A stretch of 55,868 nt of DNA, counting the filler, from Platydemus manokwari (lineage: Eukaryota), in NCBI GenBank assembly GCA_037951405.1. It is 5 parts of 5 records of this genome, joined end to end, with 100 filler letters (N's around TTAATTAATTAA, not from the genome) between each part and the next. Parts side by side here need not be neighbours in the genome. Positions count along the whole stretch, not along the records: positions 1 to 13,196 come from JBBMOY011802504.1; positions 13,297 to 24,211 come from JBBMOY011065520.1; 3 more parts are not named here. One strand, written 5' to 3'. The notes under the pieces were generated by a model. That model was not told where the DNA came from. It did not search any database and saw only the letters and a program-made list of their open reading frames with translations. The translations under genes were made by a program, and so were the position numbers. Shown here piece by piece: positions 1 to 16,369 of the stretch (position 1 is the first letter of the stretch; each line of letters starts with the position of its first letter).

Positions 1-123
1 CAATTAATTAGCGCCAGTAAATCAGCATTTAATATGATTGTGAAATTTATTACCATTTTTAAATGGAAATTTGGTTTAGAAAGTTTGAAATGACTTATAC
101 CACTTTCATAATCAAGGGCTCAT
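1..123 (+). repeat. Repeat, inverted relative to 55683-55807
   Basis: CAATTAATTAGCGCC..TCATAATCAAGGGCTCAT matches the reverse complement of the window's right end, with a few substitutions and one small indel. Confidence 0.95.
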
Positions 124-3100
124 TTCCTTAATATTAATAAAAAACAAATCGATACAGTTTATGAATTGATTTTTACCAATCTGGTTTGCTTATTGAATTT
201 TACTTTCATTCACAAACAGAGATTTGGTCAGATCAGTCATCATCAGTGATGAAATTTATTCATGTTTCCCAGTCTCGTCAGTCATTTGTGCCTGGCGGTA
301 AGTATGAATCAAAGCTATACATATCCATTGATCATGTCATTTTCCACTCTATGATTGGTCCGATGAATATTATTTGATTGGCACCGTCACGATTTCTTTA
401 TTCAACACTAGTGGAATAATGACCATCAGGCATCGTTGCAATTATTATATGGAAATGACATTGATATCCTACCGAAACAAATTGTATCATCATACTCGGT
501 TTTTGTATCTTTATTAAATGATTTTAGAAAATCAATATGTGAACCACTAATCAAATAATGAAAGATAAAAATTAATCGTTTTATACAATAATTATTTTAT
601 TGACAAAGTCTAAAATTAATCATTAAAGATTTATTAGAACTGAATCAATATTTGCATTACGATTACTCATCACGACTAAAGGTACAAGACAACCTCTAAC
701 TACAATATTAAAGTCGCATTGAATCATTTGCACATTCTCGTACCAATTATTAACGTCGAAAATCATTTATCGACCAACAAAATGTCTATTTCTTATTCAC
801 AAATCAAATCGGAATAATTTTTATTTATTCACAACTGGAATTGGTAAATTTAATCGAGAGTTGATGATAAAGTTAAATTTTTATTATGTTTCTAAATCCA
901 AAACATTTGTCGAACTCTATCATCGATTGAGTAAGAATAAATAAATAACATTTTCCGCAACACAGTGTACCCAATATTTATTATTTGGATCTCAATTGTC
1001 AAATTATCATTATCTCTAATCGTAGAAATGATTTATCACTTCATCCCGTCTGTATATCATTATATATTTTTTTATAAAAAAGTCAATAAAAATCTGCCGA
1101 AATTATTGCATCTCATATTCTCGGGCCAAAGGCAGAAAGTACTTTCTGAGATACTGCAGAGTGCTATTGCAGCTATAATTTCCGAAACCGTTGAATGGAT
1201 CACCGAATAAATATTTTTGGAACGGCTTCTATTATCAGTCATCTTCAAATCATCTAATTCTTTCTTTGTGGTCATATATCATAGTCAAACTTTGGAAGAA
1301 TTTGAAAATAGAACTTGTGACGCATTTGATGATGTTGATGAAAGGCTGTGTAGAGAGGTATGATCTCAATTTGTTGACAAGCAAATTGGTATTTATATTA
1401 ATGAAATTGGTGGGCATTTTGAAAATAAGATCTGAAAGAAATCTTTATAAAATGAGGCTTGGTGTTCGCTGGGTGCACTCATATACACACATACACACCT
1501 ATATATTATTGACCAATAGAATTCTGGTATTTGTTTTTCAACATGCATTTCAGTTTTCAAAAATAAAATCGAACTTGTTTAAAACAAGAATTAGCTAGAA
1601 ATATCATGGAGCATTTATCATTAAAAAATATATTTCATAATATTTATTAATCCAAAACTAGCATTGAAATTGTCCTCATCTACCGATGACTCATTCGATT
1701 TTCCTTTCTTCAGTTTTCAATCTCGACTCAACTCAAATTATTTCAGCTAAATTTCTGTTTTATTTAATATCGATAATTTTGTTCTGTTTCATTGAAATCG
1801 TTTGGTCTGATATGGTTATTCAATAATTAGTTATTTGGTGATTGTTTTCATATCAGTTTAATTTATATTATTTTTTCGCTAATTTAATTTTTTCAAAGAT
1901 TTTTCAAAGATTGTTATCGATAAAAGTCTTGAAATATATTTTACAAATAAGCTCTAATCGACCTTTAACTCCTATTAGATGGAGTTCAATTTCACGGAAA
2001 ACATATTATGTTGTAAATATCGACTTCTAGAAAATAATCGATTCGCCATAGAGCAATTTTATCCACTACTAAAATTCAGTAGAATTGATGGCAAAATTTC
2101 TCTGCCAGTGATTTTTTATATTTTATCAAATATTTTCACGTGAATATCAAACATATGGTCTGCGAATTCCGAATTTTTCAATCCAAATGTTTTCCTAATC
2201 CAACAAATACTTTGAAAGATTTTCAATATAAATAATTTCAGCCGGTCTCATCAAATACTCTCGAGCAAAAGGAATCATTAATAAGTAATTGCGTGGAAAC
2301 ATGTTACAACTGATTATTCTGCTCAATTATTCAAGGAAATTAGTCAGACTAACTCATCAATGTTATGTACTTCTGGGGAACCTCCAATAATAATTAGTCA
2401 TTTCGATTGAGTCGTATTAGTGAAGCATAAATCAAGAAGTGAACTTGAAAATATGTTCTATCCAAGACACTTCACCAACTGTCCAATGGGAATTTAATTC
2501 CAAAGTTGGTCTACAATAGATGAGAATACCACCAATTAAAATGGATCGATTATCATTTATCAATCACTGTCATGCTATTACTATGTCATGATAATAATAA
2601 TCGATTTTTTTTAATTATTATTATTATTATTAATATTATTATTATTAATTACTTTTTGGAGTTGGAGAAGATATTATTCAATCAAGATTTTTCACAAAAC
2701 TTAAAATCAGATATTGATTTCTTGAGATGAATTAATTTGTCTATCAAGTGAAAAATATTATTAATATTATTAATAACTGTTATATAAATAAATATTTCAA
2801 AATTCACAAATCCATATCAATAGCATATCAATTTCTCTCTTCATAGTCACTGTCAACCTTGAGACAATCAAAATGCCATTGATGTCAACATGATGGGTAA
2901 CACACGAATATCAATATATGATTGCTAGAGACGAAAACAATATCATTTATTGGGTATGATTTGATGATCATTTATCGTTTGAAATTCATTTGATTATTTA
3001 CATTGATTATAGTACATCGATAGCAATATGATTTGGAATTTACAAGAGAAATTATTGATTTCTCCATCATTATGATTTATGGAATAAAGCGATCAATAAA

Positions 3101-3377
3101 ATCCCATCATTTGATATCGTGATATTTCAGCTGATATATGAGTTGTCTTCATTTACATTATTATCTGATTTGAATGAATTGTCATTGTGTGGGATGATTG
3201 TAATTTTTCTTTAGATTTGGAAATTTTCTCACTTTTTTATTTTAATCTTATCAATCAGATTTGTCGGTTCATTGTTTAAATGAATAAATAAATTAATTTA
3301 TTATAATGACATTACTCATTTATACCAACGCCTTGCAATTCGTGAACTTTTTAACATTCTAAGTCACCTAAGCAATG

Positions 3378-3391
3378 GTTGCCATGGAAAC
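3378..3391. promoter_or_regulatory. RFX X-box candidate
   Basis: GTTGCCATGGAAAC, a near-perfect palindromic X-box in very AT-rich DNA. Confidence 0.55.
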
Positions 3392-6300
3392 AAATATATT
3401 GCTCACGGAGAAATTTAATATAAGAATTAAAAGTTCCATTGAGTAATCTTAGTGATTCGTTTATGAAATCGATGCCAATCTATCGATGGAAATAAATGTG
3501 CCTAATACCAGACAAATAAAATTTCCTGATCACAATGACTCATTGATTCCATGAAACAATAAATGAAATTTTTTCTCTCCTGTCCGATAATTTCAAAAAA
3601 AATGAGATGGTTTATTCACATCAATCGATTCAGTTATTGTTTTAGCATTCTGCTCGTTTTTTAAAATTTTTTTCTGAAATATAGTTTAAATATAGTTCAA
3701 GGAATTAATATAGGTTATTTTTATTATTTGTTTAAATTGGTTTGGCTTAATCAATGGAATTTAAAATACTAATGAAGTCATTAACAGATTAAAATACTCG
3801 GTTATGGTGAATATAGTTATTAATATTATAATAATTTGTAAAGCTATAATTTATCGTGTTCGCAACAGAATCTTGTTTATAATAAATGAGCATATTATTG
3901 GCAAATTGTGATTTTAATTTCTTCTTGGAGTTTATCTATTATTTATACCAGTGCCTCTATAAAAATCAAGAAATCTCGTAGAATGTGCTCATTTGTCAGA
4001 ATATTTAAAATGACCGATCATAGACAATCGAGCGAAAAATAAATGGGATACACCTGTTGATTTTTTTTTAACATAATACAAGCAGCCATCCCATATTATT
4101 AAAGTACACAAAAATATTCCGAAATATTATGCATGAACTTCAATAGGAAGCGCAATCCGTTAGACCAAGAGCCGCATTTGCTGACCGTTGTAACAATAAT
4201 ATAAATAAGATTTTTTCCATTCAAATATTCATCATCGATGAAATAATATCTGGGAACATTCTTTCATGATTTTTTAATTGGCCTATCTTCAACTTTAATG
4301 CCGAATCCCAAATGATAAAACACAGTGCAAAACCAACAAAAAACCCCAACAAAATTGAAACATAATATTAAAAATAACAAGAAATATTCAGCTAAATCGG
4401 GAAATTTTCATTCAAATGCAAATGGCCAACATTTCACATTGGCTGAGTTAGTTTTTCGATCACTAAATTGTGAACCATCCAAATTCTTCAACTGTCAAAA
4501 TTCGTGCCACGATTATCAAATGGGTTTGACAACATTGACTGGATAATTAATTTATGATATTTCATTGAATAATAAAATAATTCACATTCTTGTAAACCGT
4601 TATAGACCACTTTCCGCTCATTATAATTGCTATAATCAAATCAAACCGAATACACTATCCATAGAAAATTTATTCTATTAATGACGTCATCGATTTCATA
4701 AAATATCAGAATATTGAATTGATGTAGAATATGATTATATTGATTTGAAATTCTAATAAATGCATTAAACAGCTATTTATCATCATAAATTATTCTACTT
4801 TTTGTAGCATGGAATATATTTTAAAATCGTGAATAAATATCGTAATCATATTCAATTGTTGGAATCGATAAATATCCATGACAAAAATAAATCCACAAAT
4901 TTTGGCCTAGATAACCATAATTGAGTGAGTTAACATGGGTCTAAAACTCTCCGGCAATTTCGGAATAAATTATTGAATGATTCGTCAGCTTATTCTCATA
5001 TTGTAATTATGGTATTTGTTTTTCTATTTTGACACAATTATTTGTACGAATTCTCATATCATGTCGTCTATCAATTTAGAGAATAAAATATTTGCTTTTC
5101 AACTCATTCTAAGATAGATTTTCATGTGTGATGTGATTACAAATGATGATGTAATTTTAGTTTATCGAGTGGTATATTTATATAATCATATCAACTGATT
5201 CATTTGCGAATAACTGAAATTAATCTAGAAATATCAGTGATAATTAAAATATTAATAAAACATTGTCGATTAGTTATATGTTATTATAAGCAATAAAATA
5301 TCTATTAAAATATCAACTCAGCTTGATTGTTAAAATTTCAAAAGCATATTTCATACCTATAATATGAATTGGCATGTTTAAAAAATGTTCGTCAAATCCA
5401 ACAACAATCAATAAGAATATGTGTGTTTCCTTTCGATGATTTATCATTTGAGAAATGCTTTACAAAACACAGATATAATAGATTGCATTGGAAAAATGTT
5501 AGATAAAAATATTCATCGAAAACTAATCCAATGTAAAATAAATAAAGTTATTCCAACTTTCAATGATCAAAAACAAATGATAGAGATATTGTTTTAGGAA
5601 AAATAACTGATTGAAAAAAGAGAAATGATAATCAAAGAAATACAACTAATATCGATTTTATGTGAAGACTTTTTTTTGTTACTGGAAAAATATGGCATTA
5701 AAATGAATCACGATTAACGTAATTCACTGGGAACATTTTTCAGATTTATTATTTATGGTTTCATGATTTTGTTTTGTTTACGTTGTGATGAAACAGTGTT
5801 TATGGGAAAAGAAAATTAATCAATATCTCTGTTGAAAAGTTAATTTCGATAAATATTTATTTCCAGTGCACGCGATAATCGGAAGAATCAAATTATGATT
5901 TAATTTTTTTTAAAAAGAAGACAGTTTTTTGTCGTTGATAATGTGGTAATAATTTCAATGAAATATTATTGAAAAACTATATTTCGAATGATCGGTGGTT
6001 TATTTTTTCATTATTTATTGATATTTTTATTTAATAAATTGAGCATACAATCTCAATGAATTATCCATTCTCATTCATTTTTCCAAAACAAAACAAAAAC
6101 ATTAATTCGTATCATTAATTGGTATCTGTATAAATAATTTAATAATAATAATTTATATTAATAATGATAATAATAAATTTCAATATTTAAAATATATAAG
6201 TTATAAAAACAAATAATGTAAAAATAACAATAAAATTGTCAGATTAAAATGAAAATAACCAATAAATGAATGGAACTTTCATTCTAATGTAATAATTTTA

Positions 6301-6489
6301 CAGTACACAATTATTACAGTAAAAATTATATAATAATAATTATTAATAATAAAATACTACTTAAAAGAAATAAGTAGAAATCAAAAATACACCGGAAATA
6401 TGTTGCATTTGGTTTAGATTTTAAAATGAAATAATATGATCTGGATTGATTACATAACATAAATATATTTATTTATATTTGTAGAATTA

Positions 6490-9717
<3,228 letters not shown>

Positions 9718-12700
9718 TTACCGAATTTGAATTATCAAAATTTTTTACTATACAATCTAGAATATGTAAAAGAAAATTATCTTTTATATTAACCGGAAAA
9801 AACATGAAAGAAACATATGAATTGGGTGGTATGGGAATCGCAAATTGACGCCATAAATGATTTTTGTAATGAAAATATTATTCACAAAATTAAACTTATC
9901 AATATTTTCAGTTCACAAAACCAAAACCGAGTATAAAATGTTCGTTGGCAGACAAAAAAATGTCGGAATATCATGATGACAAAATCGAAAGTAAAATATC
10001 ACTTTTACATCAAACTGATGATACACCTTTTATCGCCTTTCCTCTTTTTTTTCCTTTCACATTTCTCTATTCAAAGGATTTATATTAAGGATAATTTCAA
10101 GAAATTCGTCCATTGCAGGAGCCATGTTGTGAAAATGCCTGATTAATCTTGGGCTAATAGAGATGGTAAATGATATATTCAATACATATTTCGATATTTA
10201 TATACATTTTTTACTAAATATGATACATCTTCAAAACGATTTCACTTGATAATATAATATAAAAATCTAAGATCGTCTCGAAAAATTGATGAAAAAGAAA
10301 AGCATTTCTGGTTTACACCAAACCACTATAAGAGCTAATCAGCGATTTAGCCAAACAAAATTTTTCATAAATAAGGAAAGAAATTATTGCTTGACATTTT
10401 AGATAAAGAATTTTATTGCACATAATTTTCTATATTGTCTGTTGAAAGACAATTAAATGGATTTTCATAAATTTTTTTGGAAATTAAATTCTCTAATTGA
10501 AAACTGGTCATCTTTGTAAAAATTTGTAAATAAAATTCAATTATATTTAATAGTTAATAAAAAATTACATTTATTTATAACAAAGGAAATATTTGTTTGA
10601 CATTATTATTAGAGTACTTTAATGAGCGATATTGACAACTGATCAACATGGCTTCTGACGGCAAAAAATCAAAAAGATAATTTAACACTAGTCTAGTAAA
10701 TAGTGAGTAATACATCGATATGACACTCAAATGTATCTGATAATTGTATAAACCGCTACTATTTTATAAAGCACATTTTGGAAACTAACTGAAAATTTAT
10801 ACATTTAATGACAATTATTTGAACCAATTAATAAGATGTGATATTAATTTATAAAATCTTTTAAATTTTAATTTAAAAATCCTCACAAAGTCCATGTGAA
10901 TGAAATGGAGAGTAAATTGGAATCCACTAATGTGAGAATTAAAAAATCGTGAATTCGATAGCATATCAGATACTGGTGAGTAATAAAATAAACTACGAAA
11001 CCGATCTTGTGATGAAATTGCCTGATTCATTTATTAAATTATTACTATATTGATAATAATATTGTAAACGATAATAATAATAATGTTAATAATAATAACA
11101 TCGATAATAATTTAATATAGATATAACATGTTTAGATTGACATTTTATCGGTCAATAATATTTAACAATGATGAATAACAAATCGCATATAGGTGTGTAT
11201 GTAAATAGAAGATTTGATCAACGATATTAAAAATATAGGGTAATCGACATAGATTTTCTAAATCCAAATGAAAATTAATAAAGAGAAAAAAAACAATGAA
11301 ATCGATATTGAACTGAATACTAATCTGATATCTTATATAGGAATATTTAATGTGTTATTTTTACACCTGAATCGATGGTGATTGCTGAATTATTAACATT
11401 AATTATTAATCTCCAACAACCTTTGAATTAAAGTACAACACAGAAGATTTCATTCTGTTTTCGTTGATAATGTTGAATGGATTTGAAAGGTTTTCACAAA
11501 ATTTTGAATATCAATTGATCAAAATTGGTTTATTTTTGTTGCCAAAGTAACAAAGATTCATAATAAACAATTGAACAAAACGCAATTGGAAATTTTATGA
11601 GAGTCTTTCAAAAATATCATTACAATGGAAACGAATCTCTGAAATTGCTATTTTTAATAATTGTTTTCTTTATCCGAAACCGGATAGCAGTGAAAAATAT
11701 TTCATGCTAATTTTAATAGGTTTCATGCATGTTCTATCATGTTTCACTTGACACAGTGTTTGATGATATGAACCTAGATAGTGTGAATTAATATGAAAAT
11801 CAAACAAGGGAAACAATATCTCTCTCGATAATTATAATACAGTTAAATCATCATAATCAAACATTCAAAATAAAAATTATCAGGAAATTTTTTCACTTAT
11901 TCTGAACCCATAATTGATAAAAGTTTTTTCGCTTAATTTTTCCAATTCATTCGAGATTACCTCTTATAGATTGATTGCCTTTAAATTTCGATCACTTCTC
12001 TAATATAAAGCTTGTAAGATTATACACTAAATTGTTTTATCAACATTTCAGAAGAAAACTCAGTTAATTGATATTTACACACACACGCTAGATGATTTTT
12101 AATTGAAGAGGCAATTTGTTTTAATGCATTACCACTCAACTGTTTTTAATCAAACCGCTTCATGGTTACGATTTTAATAATAATTTTTATAATCATGATT
12201 TTATTTAAAAAATAATTTTACAAACTATTTTGAGAGATATATCAAAATATTTTCTCAGATAATATTGATAAATGACTGGTAAAAAATGGTATGACGTGTA
12301 TGATGTTTCTTGAGTATACTATCAACGTTTTATAATAAGATTACGGATAATTGTCTTGGAACGGACAATTCGTTCAGGTAAATGAAGATGTAAGAATGAA
12401 AAAATTTAATATATAAAGATACAACAAAATTATTAAAATTTAAATTAATTCTTTCTAATAGGTGGAAATTTCAAAATAATTAATTTCAAAAAAAATCGGA
12501 TAAGAATGGAAGTCACTGCTAAATGATAACCAAAAGATCTCGCACACAGCACCAATGAAAATATCGAAACAAATACCCAGAATAGCTGTTAAAATAATTG
12601 ATTATCTTTATAAAATATATGTTTATTGTATTTTTTTTTAATATTTTTTTTTATTTATAAAAATTTGGAAAAAATTGACGTACAAATTATGAATATGATA

Positions 12701-13196
12701 GATGTTGTAATATAAAAACAAATATCATTCATATTTATCATAATTTAACGATTAAAACCAAAATTGCAATTTCCGACAATTCATTCTATTTCTATCTCAA
12801 ACTCGAACAGAAAATCAGAAACTAAAACTCAATTATCACAACGAGCAGAATTTTTGAGCTCATCGTTAATTTTGTTAGAAAAATAATCATTTATTCAACA
12901 CAATCACAAAAATAATCACAATTAAACAAAGATTATCAATATTTGGAGAAAAGAATTTCATTATTAACGATGATTTTTATTAATATTTATATTTATAAAT
13001 AGAAAGGAAAAAATGAGGAGAAATAAAAATAAATATTTTTAAAAATTCAGTCATTATTATTGCAAGCTGCATTGAAAAACGAACTGAAAAGTCACGAAAA
13101 GTCAAATTATATATTTTAATACAATAATATAAACAAATATAATTTTAGATAAAATTTGAATTAAATCTTTAATTTAATTCATTTATAAAATCTCAC

Positions 13197-13296
13197 NNNN
13201 NNNNNNNNNNNNNNNNNNNNNNNNNNNNNNNNNNNNNNNNTTAATTAATTAANNNNNNNNNNNNNNNNNNNNNNNNNNNNNNNNNNNNNNNNNNNN
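13197..13296. other. Artificial 100-bp spacer (44 N, TTAATTAATTAA, 44 N)
   Basis: Identical structure four times; the 12-mer has stops in all six frames. Confidence 0.95.
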
Positions 13297-13584
13297 AAAG
13301 GATCTCCCTTTGGAGTCATACACATATTCTAAACTCTATAATAAACTATTAAGGTCTAAATTTGGGTTCTCACAGTCCGGTGAGATAACCTTACCCATTT
13401 GTTTTATAATAAATTTCTTTTGTGTGAGCTAAACTGTGTGAGCAAATTGTTTTGTTTGTATATTATTTTTAATCTTAATAAAGTTTGTTATCAATTTTCA
13501 GTGTTTTGATAAAATACAACCCTAAAAAAACTCACGATGTTGAGTTGGTTTAAACAGCACATTAACATTCATCACAATCCAACA
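13297..13584 (+). mobile_element. LTR-like 3' end, copy 1
   Basis: TATA-like TATAATAAA near 13337, a hairpin at 13365-13390, AATAAA near 13477, and a terminus ..CCAACA. It is homologous to 24312-24530. Confidence 0.6.
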
Positions 13585-16369
13585 ATTTGAATAATGGTTT
13601 ATATCTTTTCTAAAAAACATAAATTAATAAAAGGTCATCATTTTTAGGACCATAAATCATAATTTATTTGTTGATGTAGTAAAAAAAACTTACAATGTAT
13701 AAGTCTAGAATAAATTATTCTGATAGAATTTGAATAAATTTCATCATGATTAGGTTTCTAATATCTGTCTTACTATCAAGTGAAAACAGCTTTGTCAGAT
13801 AATCACAAGTTATTATATTCACAACGATTATTACATTCTTATTTTAATTTAATTGAAACACCTTCCAAAGAGCTTATTTCTATCTCAAAATTTTACAATT
13901 GATAGAAATTGAAAATTTAGATTCATCGGTATCATTTATCATGATCAGCTTCAACTACAAAATAGAAAATAAATTATAAAATTGGCCAGTAAAATTTTCT
14001 ATCAAATTGTAACGCTCTACAAAAATGTAAGAAGATTTCTCCAATTCTATAGTCAATTGAATACTATTAAAATAACTCAGAAATATATAATATTAATAAG
14101 AAAAATAACGTGTATTCTTAAACTCGAGTCATTCAATGTTAATAAATTCTTTCCAACAATATTGCAGTGGCATAATTAACTATGAATGAAATCGACTTTG
14201 ATCGGCTTGGATTTTTTTTTAATTATAATTTTTACAATATAACATAAATCTGATATAATAAATTATAATAATCATCTATCGAGTTTTTTATTTACATAAA
14301 AAATAAGCAAAAAATAAATAAAGAATTTCTAATACAAATATAAAAATTATATGTTGTGGACTATTTTGAGCATAATTATCATTTATTGTCTTAATTATCA
14401 AGTATCATCAGAAGACATCATCATCATCATCATCACAGTAGTAATGAGTTTGTGGTGTAAACAAAAACGTTTATTAGCATACTTATTGACAACGAAAAGT
14501 TTCACCCATTCAAGATTTTCATCGAAATTACACACATAATTGTTATGTAATATATTTTCTTCACTCTTTTCTGTAGCATCAAAATTTATCTGCACGTAAA
14601 TTAGGAGTTTAATCGGTGTATGAATAACTCTAATAATCATAAACTTTCAAATTAATGTGTGATGATAAAATGATTTCCTTTGATTCATAGAAAATCCTTT
14701 AAACTCTGGAATTCAATTGAAGCAATTATTTATGCGATACCATGATGTTTTTATAACAAGATTATATATATAAATTCAAACAAAAATTATTATTTATTAA
14801 AAAACGGGAATAAAGCTAGACACCAAAATCGTTATATAAAAATAATCTTTGGATTTTCCTAGAATTATAAATCTTTTCACATATCGAATGATGATTTATA
14901 ATATCTTTAATGTCACTTAATAAATAAATTCAAATAAAATCTAACATAGTTCGAACGATAATAAAAAGTCATTCAACTGGGATGATAATGATCCAATCAG
15001 AACTATAACAGCTGCAAGAGAGTGTGTGGGGGTGGTATTAATTAATATAATCTTCTAAAGCTGTTGCAAGTCATTGATTGCAAGTGATATCATCAATCAT
15101 TTAATATATTAAGACTAGAATAAATCAGAAAGTCCATAACAATTATGTACACGCAGCAATGGAGCTAATAGAACAGTAAATAATTATAAAACTAAATAAA
15201 TAAATGAAATATTTATTTCATTTCCATGTCATAAAAAATCTATAAACATAATGATTTGAAAGGAATCATATAAATAAATTCTATGAATAATCCGCTCTTC
15301 CCACATAATTGTCAAATTAATGGCCTTTTGAAAATAACTACAAACAAAGTGTTGCAATACAATAAAAGATTCACACGACTTTGAATTTCCAACTGAATAC
15401 AATTAAAATTTTATTTATTTTAAGGAAAGAAAATGTATTAGCTTATAAATTTCAATTAATATTTGGAAATGTTAAAATAAATTTTAATCAGAATGTTTAA
15501 TGATATCAAATTATTGCTTATCAGTTCATTTAATTAAAAATACCACCAAGTATTCCAAAAAAATCGATATTCAGAGCCTTGAAAAAAGATTTAAGATAAT
15601 TAAAATAATTATAATATTTAAACAAATAGAAAGAGAACATGTGTTACAGAACCAATAAATTGAATTCAAATACAATTGTATTCCAATATGCGTGGCTAGA
15701 TATATTCATATTGTGTTAATTTCTCATTATATTAATATCTGAAAAAATGATATCAATTTATATAGATAGAGTTGCTCAGAAAAAGAATTATCCAAAACAT
15801 TTATTTGAATCATTTACATCAACCAATCAAAATATTTCCTTAACTTCTTATTTTCAAACTAAAAATCTGCTTTTATTTTGATGGAATCGATCGTGCTTAG
15901 CCGGTTAATATTATGTAATGTTAATTTTCTGAGCATCACTATAAATAAAAATCTCAAATTTTGGACACAAAATAATTTTTTAAAATGAAAAATTCCAATT
16001 AACCAATTGATTGAAAACATCTCAAATCGATCAAAAGACAAAACTAATATTAATATATAAGAATGGTAAATAACAATGGTTTTTCAAGAATGACTTCAAA
16101 CAATTGTCAATGATATGACAAAAAATCCGTTTAACAATAAAAATATTATATCCAAACAGATACGAACAAGTCAATAATTGCAATAATAATAATCATTATA
16201 ATTATAATTATTATTAAAGTTCAACTGATTATTGACACACTAGCAAAAAAGAAACAATCAGAGGAATGAGACAATCAAATAATTTGAAACGTTTGAAAAA
16301 ATTACACTTCGAACATCATATTTAAGATTTTTTTTATTCATCGATAGATCAGATACGAAACGAAACGAG

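Noticed and set aside
285-310. ATACTTACC resembling the U1 snRNA 5' end on the minus strand
   Set aside because: No further U1 similarity; it is just the complement of a GGTAAGTAT donor-like motif.
14351-14640. ORFs with poly-Met or poly-Ile runs
   Set aside because: Driven by a (CAT)n microsatellite. There is a possible acceptor, but no partner exons or homology were recognised.
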